64,000 bases of DNA from an uncultured Chloroflexia bacterium (lineage in GTDB: Bacteria; Chloroflexota; Dehalococcoidia; DSTF01; JALHUB01). The stretch covers positions 1 through 64,000 of the forward strand of contig CAVSBT010000017.1 of NCBI GenBank assembly GCA_963726245.1, read 5' to 3'. Below, one piece after another: positions 32,639 to 41,780 of this stretch. Made by a program: the position numbers and the translations under genes. How positions within the stretch are numbered: the stretch's first letter is position 1; each line of letters begins with the position of its first letter. Under the pieces are notes generated by a model, which saw only the letters and a list, made by a program, of their open reading frames with translations, was not told the DNA's origin and did no database searches.

Positions 32639-33897
32639 ATGGGCCCCACCAACAGCCGCTGCAGGGTAGTGATCACCGGCATGGGCGCCATCACGCCGCT
32701 GGGCCTCACCGTAGAGGAGTTCTGGCAGGGCTGCGTCGAGGGGCGGTCCGGCGCCGGGCCCATCACGCTGATCGACTCGACGAACTACCCCGTCCAGATC
32801 GCCTGCGAGGTGAAGGGCTTCGATCCGCTCAACTACATGGACCGCCACGAGGCGCGTCGCATGGCCCGCTTCAGCCAGATGGCTGTTGCCGCCGCGCGCC
32901 AGGCTCTGGAGGACGCCGGCCTGCGGCTGGAGAAGGAGGACACGACCCGCATCGGCGTTCTCATCGGCAACGGCAACGGCGGTCTCCCGAACACGGAGGA
33001 GGCGGTCCGCACTCTCGTCGAGAAGGGGGGCATGCGCGTCGACCCCTTCTTCGTAGTCAAGATGCTCCCCAATATGGCAGCCTCCCAGATCGCCCTTCAG
33101 TTCGGAGTGAGCGGCTACAACAACACTGTCACCACGGCCTGCGCCGCCGGCACGCAGGCCATGGGCGACGCTGTCGAACGGCTGCGCCACGGCCGCGCGG
33201 AGGTGATGCTGGCAGGAGGGACCGAGGCCGGCATCTGTGAGCTGGGGCTCTCTGCCTTCTCAGTGATGCGAGTCCTCTCCACCCGAAACGACGAGCCGAC
33301 GAAGGCCAGCCGCCCCTTCGATGCGCAGCGCGACGGCTTCGTCTGCGGCGAGGGCGCCGCCGTCTTCGTGATGGAGACGCCTGGAGCACGCGCGGCGGCG
33401 CGACGCCCGCATCCTGGCCGAGCTGGCGGGCTACGGCGCCTCCGCCGACGCCTACCACCTGGTGGCGCCCTGTCCTGACGGCAACGGCGCTGCCCGCGCC
33501 ATGCGCGGGGCCCTCAAGGACGCCGGCGTCGCGCCCGAGGAGGTGGACTACATCAACGCGCACGGCACCTCGACAGTCCTGAACGACGCCGTGGAGACGC
33601 GGGCCATCAAAGCCGTCTTCGGCGAGCTTCGCCCATCGCGTGCCCGTCAGCTCCACCAAGTCCATGGTCGGTCACGGCCTGGCGGCCTCGGGCGCCATCG
33701 AGTCGGTGGCCTGCGTCAAGACCCTCCAGACCGGGATCATCCATCCCACCATCAACTACGAGTTCCCGGACCCGCAGTGCGACCTGGACTACGTCCCGAA
33801 CCAGGCCCGCACGGCCGATGTGCGGGTGATCCTGAAGAACAGCTTCGGGTTCGGAGGCCAGAACGCCTGCCTGGTCCTCCGGCGATTCGAGGAGTAG
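32639..33897 (+). CDS. fabF: Beta-ketoacyl-ACP synthase II (frameshifts near 33380 and 33630)
   Basis: [53 protein letters not shown]. Confidence 0.92.
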
Positions 33898-33898
33898 C

Positions 33899-34883
33899 GT
33901 GCACCTTCTGGTCGTCGGCGGGGCCGGCTACATCGGCAGCGTGACGGTGGCGGAAGCCCTGGCCGCCGGGCACCGGGTCACCGTCTACGATAGCCTCGTC
34001 ACGGGCCACCGCGCCGCCATCAGCCCCGGCGCCGCGCTTCGTCCAGGGCGACATCTGCGGACGCCGCCGGCCTGGACCGCCTGCTGGCCGAGGGTCGCCC
34101 CGACGGCGTCGTCTACTACGGGGGCTTCATCGCCGCTGGCGAGTCGATGGAGAAGCCGGGCCTCTACTTCGCCATCAACATCTCCGGCGTCATCACCCTT
34201 CTGAACGCGATGGTCGACCACGGCGTGCGCCGCTTTGTGTTCAGCTCCAGCGCCGCCATCTACGGCGACCCGGAGACGCTGCCCATACCCGAGGATGCGG
34301 CCATCACGCCCCACGAACCCCTACGCGGAGACCAAGGTGGTCGTGGAGCGCCTCCTGGCCTGGTACGACTCCCTGTGCGGCCTGCGCTCCGTCTCCCTGC
34401 GCTACTTCAACGCCGCCGGCGCCAGCGAGACTCTGGGCGAGGACCACCGGCCGGAGACGCACCTCATCCCGACGGTCCTCCAGGTGGCCCTGGGCCGCCT
34501 GCCCGCCCTGGACCTCTACGGCACGGACTACCCGACGCCCGACGGCACCTGCGTCCGCGACTACGTGCACGTGCTGGACCTGGCGCGGGCCCACCTGCTG
34601 GCCCTGGCGCGACACTGCGCACGACGGGAGCGCCGCCTACAACCTGGGCAACGGCCGCGGCTTCTCCAACCGTCAGGTCATCGAGGCGGCGCGGCGTGTC
34701 ACCGGCCATCCGATTCCGGTGCGGGAGCGCCCTCGGCGCCCCGGCGACCCCGTATCCCTCATCGCCAGCAGCGAGAAGGCGCATCGTGAGCTGGGGTGGG
34801 AGCCTCAGTTCCCCCACCTGGAGGACATAATCGAAAGCGCCTGGCACTGGCGCCAGGCGCACCCCGAAGGCTATCCAGAGTAG
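33899..34883 (+). CDS. galE: UDP-glucose 4-epimerase (several frameshifts)
   Basis: [57 protein letters not shown]. Confidence 0.9.
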
Positions 34884-34941
34884 CCGGGCGCTGGCAGAAG
34901 CTGGTTCCGGGTCTGCTGGGAGGCCCCCTTGCGGCAGACCC

Positions 34942-35002
34942 GTCATTCTGAGCGCAGCGAAGAATCTGACCCAGCGAGACCCCTCGCTTCGCTCAGGGTG
35001 AC
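34942..35002. repeat. Intergenic imperfect palindrome GTCATTCTGAGCGCAGCGAAGAATCT...AGACCCCTCGCTTCGCTCAGGGTGAC
   Basis: 61-bp inverted repeat between convergent genes; resembles a widespread REP/MITE-like element. Confidence 0.7.
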
Positions 35003-35030
35003 GTAACGGCGGCGTTTGTCAGCAGACGGT

Positions 35031-35756
35031 CTAGCTCTGGGGACGCTTGGGGAGGCGGCTGAAGCGCAGTCGCAGCAGGCCGCGTATGTCCTCCGATACC
35101 GTGCTGGCGATCTTCACGCGCGTGTCGGCATCCTCCACCCAGCGCACGGGGACTTCCTTGATGCGGTAGCCGCCCTTTTCGGCCAGGATCAGGAGCTCCG
35201 TGTCGAAGAACCACTCCTCGTTTTTGATCAGGGGCACCAGCTCCCGCGCCGCCTGACGGCTGATCGCCTTGAAGCCGCACTGGGCGTCGGAGAAGCGGGT
35301 GAAGTGGATGGCCTTGATGATCAGGTTGTAGATCCGAGAGATGGTATCACGCCGGAAGGAGCGGGTGGTGTGCGCGCCCCGCGCCAGGCGTGAGCCGATC
35401 GCCACGTCGTAGCCGCCGACGGCGATGGCGTCCACCAGCGGCGGTAGCGCCGAGAGGTCCGTGGAGAGGTCCACGTCCATGTAGGTGAGGACATCGGCGT
35501 CGCTGCCCAGCCAGGCGGCCCGCAGAGCCCTGCCGCGGCCTTTCAGCGGCAGGTGAACGACGGCTACCTCTCCTGGGTACTGCTCGGCCAGTCCCTGGGC
35601 CACGGCTAGGGTTCCGTCGGTGGAGGCGTTGTCGGCGACGACGATCCGCCAGGTGTGGGGCAGGCTGTCCCGCAGGAAGGCCCGCAGTGTTTCCACGCTG
35701 CCGACCAGCACGTGCTCTTCGTTGTAGACCGGGATGACGACGTCGACGCTGGCCAA
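35031..35756 (-). CDS. GT2 glycosyltransferase (dolichyl/polyprenyl-phosphate glycosyltransferase-like)
   Basis: VVIPVYNE, ADNASTDGT, GRGRA, YMDVDLS, DAQCGFKA, WFFDTELL. Confidence 0.88.
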   Translation of the reverse strand: MASVDVVIPVYNEEHVLVGSVETLRAFLRDSLPHTWRIVVADNASTDGTLAVAQGLAEQYPGEVAVVHLPLKGRGRALRAAWLGSDADVLTYMDVDLSTDLSALPPLVDAIAVGGYDVAIGSRLARGAHTTRSFRRDTISRIYNLIIKAIHFTRFSDAQCGFKAISRQAARELVPLIKNEEWFFDTELLILAEKGGYRIKEVPVRWVEDADTRVKIASTVSEDIRGLLRLRFSRLPKRPQS

Positions 35757-35855
35757 GGCTGTGCTCTACTTTCTGGACACCGGCGGCGCCCGGGACGAAG
35801 GAGGAGTGGACGTCCGGGCGCCGAATAGGGAGTGGCCTTCCCCCGGTATCGACTG

Positions 35856-36914
35856 CTATTCGGTTGTGCTGAGCGCATCCTCCAGCGTGCGCGCCAGGCT
35901 CAAGGGGTCGCTGGAGACGACGCTGGCGGCGTACAGCTCCATCGCGCCGAAGTCGGCGGTGCGGCTCAGCGGGTCGCCCCTGTCCACAATGCGCACCATC
36001 ACCGGGAAGCCCTCCCAGCTCTCCTCGGTGGGCGCCAGGGGCGGCGTGTAGATGACCAGGTTGAATGACGTGACGCCCAGCCGGTCACGGAGGCAGGTCA
36101 GGACGTCGTAGATGGTGTCCTTGAGGCCGTCGGAGAGCGATGGCGCCATCAGGATCACCTCGTTCTCCTTGACGGGAGCGAGACTGGCGAGCACGCGGAC
36201 GCCGTCGCGCTCGAAGCCGCAGCCGACGTAGCTGTGCACCTTGTACAGGTCCTCGAAGTAGTTGCTGCGGTAGTTGGCCTGGTAGAAGAGGGCCGAACGG
36301 CGCAGGTGCTCGATGGCGGCGTAGTGCATGTCGTGGCCCAGCATGACCTGCGCGTGGCCGTGGATGAGGGAGGCCCCCGCCCGCCACAGACAGTTCCAGA
36401 GGAAGAGGTAGTACTTGGCCGCCGGGTCGCTGCGCTGCGCCAGCTCAGCCCACCGGCTTCCGGTGTCGATGTAGTCGTGGAGCATCTCTCGGTCGAAGCG
36501 CAGAGGGTGGCGCTCCTGGAACACGATGAGAGCATGCCAGCCGTCGAACTTGGCGATGTTGCTGGCCGTGAGGCAGTAGCGTCCCTCCACCCGCCCGAAG
36601 GTGTCCTCCGGTGTGCCCTCTTGCGGCGAGGCCAGTGGGTCGTGGTTGCCGCGGGCCAGCTCGGCTTCCAGGTCCAGGCCGGGGGCCGTCCAGTGCGGCC
36701 GGTGAGAGCGGAGCCAGTTGAAGAGGACCCCCTGGAGGGTGACCAGGTTGGTCACCTTGACGATCTTCTGGACCAGGGTCGCCTCTACCCGCCCGAAGTG
36801 CTGCTGGATCCAGGGCAGCATGGACTCCGGCGGCACCAGCCGCCCGTAGGTCACCCCCACGTGGAATAGACGCTCGAATAGCGTTCTCTCGGCCTGAGGA
36901 AGGTTAGCTACCAC
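35856..36914 (-). CDS. HIT/GalT-like nucleotidyltransferase, hypothetical (true start possibly near 36957 via a frameshift)
   Basis: WNCLWRAGASLIHGHAQ resembles the GalT N..G..AGAS..HxHxQ motif; TASNIAKFDGWH. Confidence 0.6.
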   Translation of the reverse strand: MVANLPQAERTLFERLFHVGVTYGRLVPPESMLPWIQQHFGRVEATLVQKIVKVTNLVTLQGVLFNWLRSHRPHWTAPGLDLEAELARGNHDPLASPQEGTPEDTFGRVEGRYCLTASNIAKFDGWHALIVFQERHPLRFDREMLHDYIDTGSRWAELAQRSDPAAKYYLFLWNCLWRAGASLIHGHAQVMLGHDMHYAAIEHLRRSALFYQANYRSNYFEDLYKVHSYVGCGFERDGVRVLASLAPVKENEVILMAPSLSDGLKDTIYDVLTCLRDRLGVTSFNLVIYTPPLAPTEESWEGFPVMVRIVDRGDPLSRTADFGAMELYAASVVSSDPLSLARTLEDALSTTE

Positions 36915-37033
36915 TTCGTCCAGATCAACGATTCTCGACTTCGGATGCCATTGCCATGTCTGTACCCCGCCTTGCCATCGGCCTGTCCGCCGGTCCTCCC
37001 TGCCAGCCAGACGGCCAGCCCACCAGGATGGGC

Positions 37034-38588
37034 CTAGTGTCTGAAGTGTCTCATCCCTGTAAATACCATGGCCATGCCATGGTCGTCTGCAACTTTGATC
37101 GCTTCCTCGTCGCGGATCGAGCCGCCGGGCTGGATGATAGCCGTGACGCCTCCCTCGGCGGCCAGCTCCACGCCGTCGGGGAAGGGGAAGAAGGCGTCCG
37201 AGGCCAGCACGGTGCCGCGCGAACGCTCGCCGGCGATGCGCAGGGCCAGGTGCACGCTCGTCACACGGTTCGGCTGGCCCGCGCCCATGCCCACCAGCGC
37301 CTGGTCCTTGACCAGCACTATGGCGTTGGACTTCACGTGCTTGACGGCTCGCCAGGCGAAGCGCAGGTCGCGCAGCTCTCCGGCCGTGGGCTCGCGCTTC
37401 GTGACGGTTCTCAGACTCAGCTCGCTTTCGGGCGCTCGGTCCTCGTCCTGCAAGAGCGCGCCGCCCGACACCTGCCGGTACTGCAGCGCGGCCGCGGACG
37501 TGCCGCCCGTCACCTGGAGCACCCGCAGGTTGCGCTTCTTCTGCAGCAGGGCGAGCGCCTCCTCCTCGTAGCCGGGCGCTACCACCACCTCATAGAAGGT
37601 GCTGCTCATCTCGCGGGCCATCTCCGCCGAAAGGGGCCGGTTGACGGCCACGATGCCGCCGTAGGCCGAGACCGGGTCGCCGGCCAGGGCCCGCCGATAG
37701 GCCTCCGCCTGGTCGGGCTGACTGGCCAGGCCGCAAGGATTGGTGTGCTTCACTACGGCCACCGTGCCCTCCTCGAAGTCAGAGACGGCATGCCAGGCCG
37801 CGTCGGCGTCGACGATGTTGTTGTAGGAGATCTCCTTGCCGTGAAGCTGCTTCGCGCCCGCGATGCCGCCTGACCGGCCGGGCAGCGACTGGTCGATGTA
37901 GAGAGCGGCCTTTTGATGCGGGTTTTCGCCATACCTAAGATTCAAACGCATTCGGAGCCCGATTGTTATGGCCTCCGGCAGCGTTTGGCCCGTTTCCGGC
38001 GATTCTTCACTTTTCTCCCGCGTGCGGAGATAGCCGGCGATGGCGGTATCGTAGAGGGCCACGTGCTGGAAGGCCTTCTGGGCCAGCCGCCGCCGCTCCT
38101 CGAAGGCGACAGCGCCCGCGCGCAGCGAGTCGAGGAGCGGGTCGTAGTCCTCCGGGTCCACCACGACCAGCACGTGGGGGAAGTTCTTGGCGGCCGCCCG
38201 CAGGAGCGTCGGCCCGCCGATGTCGATGTTCTCCAGGGCGTCTTCCAGGCTCGCGTTGGCCCTGGACACCGTCTCCACGAAGGGGTAGAGGTTGCAGACC
38301 ACCAGGTCGATGGTGCGGAGGCCGTGGCTGCGCCAGCTCTTCCATGTGCTCCGGCCGGTCGCGGCGGGCCAGGATGCCGCCGTGCACGCCGGGGTGCAGC
38401 GTCTTCACGCGTCCGTCCAGGATCTCGGGGAAGCCGGTGAGGTCGGAGAGGCTGCAGACGCGGATGCCGGCCGAGGCGAGCGCGGAGTGGGTGCCGCCGG
38501 TGCTGTACACTTCTGCGCCCAGCTCGACCAGGCCGCGGGCGAACTCCACCAGACCCTTCTTGTCAGAAACGCTGAGAATAGCTCGCAT
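37034..38588 (-). CDS. purH: Bifunctional AICAR transformylase/IMP cyclohydrolase (frameshift near 38326)
   Basis: [69 protein letters not shown]. Confidence 0.95.
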
Positions 38589-38616
38589 AGCCTAATCCTT
38601 GATGAAACGGCATTCT

Positions 38617-38816
38617 GTCCCCAAGTGCCGAATGTACTGATCGCGGGTTACAAAGAGCCTGAGCAGTGTGGGGCTTACGGTGGGATGGGGAATGGGTTTC
38701 CTCCGGGGGCGGGGTTGGCTGACGGCGCGCCACTCGCCATCGCAGGTCAGACAATAACGGGTTGGAGGGTTGGTGTAAAGTCGCTAGCGTTGCGTCAGTT
38801 GGTGTTCAGGGGGAGC
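38617..38816 (-). ncRNA. ssrS: Probable 6S RNA (ssrS)
   Basis: About 200-nt non-coding segment whose ends base-pair (cccc/gggg; actgacgc/gcgatcagt) and which carries 6S-like blocks in order: aacccgttatt, gagtggcgcgcc, cggaggaaacc, cccacc, ttcggcacttgggg. Not covariance-model tested. Confidence 0.5.
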
Positions 38817-38859
38817 AAGAACACAAGTGGCTCACTGAGCCGGCCGGTGCTGGCCCATC

Positions 38860-39918
38860 CTAGCTTAGGATCACAGCCTCTGCCCGCTCCCGTCGCACCA
38901 CACGCCCCACGGCCTTCGCCTCCGGCAGCGACGCCTGCACGGCCGCCGCGCCCTCCTGGGAGCAGGCCAGGACCATGCCCAGCCCCATGTTGAACACGCG
39001 GTACATCTCGTCGTCGCTGATGCCGCCGGTCTTCTGGATCAGCTCGAAGATGGGCGGCACGCGCCACGAGCCTTTGTCGAACCGCGCCGCCAGACCCTCC
39101 GGCATGATGCGGGCCACGTTGCCGGGGATGCCGCCTCCGGTTATGTGGGCCAAGCCCTTGACGTGACTCAGAAGCGGACTCATCTCGGGGTAGTAGCAGC
39201 GGTGAGGGATGAGCAGCACCTCGCCCAGGGTGACGCCCAGGCCGGGGTAGTAGCGGTCGAGGACCTGCCTCTGGCGGACCGTATCGCCGCCCTTACCGAT
39301 GTCGAAGACCTGCCGCACCAGCGAGTAGCCGTTCGTGTGGAGGCCGCTGGAGGGCAGGCCCAGCAGCACGTCGCCCTCTTCGATGCGGGAGACGTCGATG
39401 ATGCGGTCGCGCTCCACGACGCCGACGATGAAGCCCGCCAAGTCGAAGTCGCCGGGGGCATAGAGGTCGGGCATGTCGGCGGTCTCGCCGCCGATGAGCG
39501 CGCAGTCGGCGGCGCGGCAGGCGGAGACCAGCCCGCGCACCAGCGCCACCTTCTCTTCGTCGCCCAGGTCGCTGCTCGCCAGGTAGTCGAGGAAGAAGAG
39601 GGGCTCGGCGCCGGCGGTGAGGATGTCGTTGACGCAGTGGTTGACGAGGTCGACGCCGACTGTGTCGTAGCGGCCCAGGAGGGCGGCCAGCTTCAGCTTG
39701 GTGCCCACGCCGTCGGCGCTGGCCACCAGCACCGGCTCTCGATACCGGCCGAGGCGAAAGAGGCCGGCGAAGGGCCCGACGCCGGCCAGAACCTCGGGCC
39801 GGCCGGCGCTCCGCACCAGCTCCTTGATCCGGCCCACCAGCCGCTCCGCGGCGTCGATGTCGACGCCGGCCGCCGCGTAGGTGGAGCGCTCTTCACTGCT
39901 GTTGTCCAAGGGGTTCAC
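38860..39918 (-). CDS. purM: Phosphoribosylformylglycinamidine cyclo-ligase
   Basis: YAAAGVDID, DGVGTKL, CVNDIL, GGETADMP, SSGLHTNGYSL, HITGGG, FNMGLGM. Confidence 0.96.
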   Translation of the reverse strand: MNPLDNSSEERSTYAAAGVDIDAAERLVGRIKELVRSAGRPEVLAGVGPFAGLFRLGRYREPVLVASADGVGTKLKLAALLGRYDTVGVDLVNHCVNDILTAGAEPLFFLDYLASSDLGDEEKVALVRGLVSACRAADCALIGGETADMPDLYAPGDFDLAGFIVGVVERDRIIDVSRIEEGDVLLGLPSSGLHTNGYSLVRQVFDIGKGGDTVRQRQVLDRYYPGLGVTLGEVLLIPHRCYYPEMSPLLSHVKGLAHITGGGIPGNVARIMPEGLAARFDKGSWRVPPIFELIQKTGGISDDEMYRVFNMGLGMVLACSQEGAAAVQASLPEAKAVGRVVRRERAEAVILS

Positions 39919-39969
39919 CAGCGGCAGGGGAGCTGAGGAGTCACGCTGGACGGCGGTCCTTCGCCAATC

Positions 39970-41490
39970 CTACGCCGGGTCTTTGCGTAGCGCCGGCGTT
40001 GGCGCCAGCTCCGGCCACTCGGTGTCGTGCCGGTCGCGGGCGCCCAGGGCCGGTTCCAGGGCCAGCTTGTCCATCTGAATAGGCACCGACATCGGGTATT
40101 CGCCGTTGAAGCAGGCCATGCAGAAGCTCCCGCGTCCGGACGGCTGCGCGCCGGGCTGGTCTCCGTTTGCCTCTGGCTTGGGCTGGCTCACGGCCTTGAC
40201 CAGTCCCTCCTCGCTCAGGTAGCCGAGGCTGTCCGCCCCGATGTGGCGCCGGATTTCGTCCACCGTCTTGTGGGAGGCGATGAGCTCCCAGCGGCTGGCC
40301 ATGTCCACCCCGAAGAAGCAGGGATGAGTGATGGGCGGCGCCGTGATGCGCATGTGGACCTCGCGGGCGCCGGCCCGCCGCAGCATCTCCACCACCCGCG
40401 GCGTCGTCGTCCCCCGCACGATGCTGTCGTCCACCACCACCACGCGGCGGCCCTCCAGCACCTCGCGCAGGGGGTTGAACTTCAGGTGCACGCCCATGTC
40501 GCGGATGCGCTGGTCGGGCATGATGAACGTGCGGCCGACGTAGCGGTTCTTGACCAGCCCCTCGACGAAGGGGATGCGCGATTCCTGGGCGTAGCCTACG
40601 GCCGCCGCTGTCGCCGAATCGGGCACCCCGATGACGACGTCGGCTTCGACGGGGTGCTCGCGGGCGAGCTGGGCGCCCATGGCCATGCGCACCGAGTAGA
40701 GCAGCTTGCCCCGCATGACGCTGTCCGGGCGGGCAAAGTAGATGTACTCGAAGATGCAGAAGGCTTCGCGCGGGCTTCCCATGGCCTGGTAGAGCTGTGG
40801 ACGCCATCGCTGTCGATGAACGAGGGCCTCGCCGGGCTCGACCTCCCGCACGAAGGTGGCGCCCAGGTGGTCGAGGGCGCACGTCTCCGAGGCCACCGCC
40901 CAGCCGCCGTTGAGGCGTCCCAGGCAAAGGGGCCGCACCCCCAACGGATCGCGGGCTGCCATGAGGCAGGTGGGCGTCAAGACCACCAGGCAGTAGGCCC
41001 CGCGCAGCCGGCGCATCAGGTAGGCGAAGCGCTCCTGCCAGTCGCTGCCGGGGGCGGTCGCCAGCGCTCTGGCGATCACCTCGGAGTCGGTGGCGGTCAC
41101 AAACTGCTGCCCCTGCTCCTCGAGGTCGGCCCGCACGGTGTCGGCGTTGACGACGTTCCCGTTGTGACCGAGGGCGAGCGGCCCGTTTGGGCCGTCGACC
41201 TGGATGGGCTGGGCGTTCTGGATGCGGCTGGAGCCGGTGGTGGAGTAGCGCGTGTGGCCGATGGCGATGCTGCCGGGGAGATAGCCGAGGTCCTCTTCGT
41301 CGAAGACCTGGGCCACGAGGCCCATGCCGGTGCGCAGGTGGATCTCGCGGCCGTCGGCTGTGGCTATGCCGGCGCTCTCCTGGCCGCGGTGCTGTAGTGC
41401 GTAAAGGCCAAAAAAAGTAATCCTGGCAACATCTTCTCCAGGCGCATAGACACCGAAGATGCCGCAGGATTCGCGGGGGCCTGAATGCAA
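39970..41490 (-). CDS. purF: Amidophosphoribosyltransferase
   Basis: RESCGIFG, LQHRGQES, GHTRYSTTG, CIFEYIYFARPDS, VVVDDSIVRGTT; a short scrambled stretch near 40800-40820 suggests compensating indels. Confidence 0.96.
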   Translation of the reverse strand: MHSGPRESCGIFGVYAPGEDVARITFFGLYALQHRGQESAGIATADGREIHLRTGMGLVAQVFDEEDLGYLPGSIAIGHTRYSTTGSSRIQNAQPIQVDGPNGPLALGHNGNVVNADTVRADLEEQGQQFVTATDSEVIARALATAPGSDWQERFAYLMRRLRGAYCLVVLTPTCLMAARDPLGVRPLCLGRLNGGWAVASETCALDHLGATFVREVEPGEALVHRQRWRPQLYQAMGSPREAFCIFEYIYFARPDSVMRGKLLYSVRMAMGAQLAREHPVEADVVIGVPDSATAAAVGYAQESRIPFVEGLVKNRYVGRTFIMPDQRIRDMGVHLKFNPLREVLEGRRVVVVDDSIVRGTTTPRVVEMLRRAGAREVHMRITAPPITHPCFFGVDMASRWELIASHKTVDEIRRHIGADSLGYLSEEGLVKAVSQPKPEANGDQPGAQPSGRGSFCMACFNGEYPMSVPIQMDKLALEPALGARDRHDTEWPELAPTPALRKDPA

Positions 41491-41780
41491 TATTCTCTCC
41501 TGCCCAGAAGCAGCCCCAACTGCGGGCAGGGAGGCCGGTCCTTCGGCGGGCAGGGCAGATGCCCTGTCTAGGGTCCTCTCCCTGGCGGCCGCCAGGCCCT
41601 CCTCCGCGCCGCACCCTGGCAGCCAGATTGTATCATCCGGCCACGAGGCCGGTCAAACGCGAGCCCTGGTGCCGCCGTAGGCGTCGAGCCGATTGACGCT
41701 GCCTGGGATGCCCCATAGAATTTGGGCTTGACGGCCCCGAACTGTCGGGGCCTATCCATACGAGCTGACAGGAGCAACCG

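Noticed and set aside
38589-38860. ZMP/ZTP (pfl) riboswitch upstream of purH
   Set aside because: The conserved GACTGGCG...GGTGGG...CCACCGGGGAGC and CGCCTGGGC elements were not found; a 6S-like reading fits better.
41640-41780. T-box leader upstream of valS
   Set aside because: No T-box consensus (AAGGGTGGNACCGCG) and too little space after the likely promoter.
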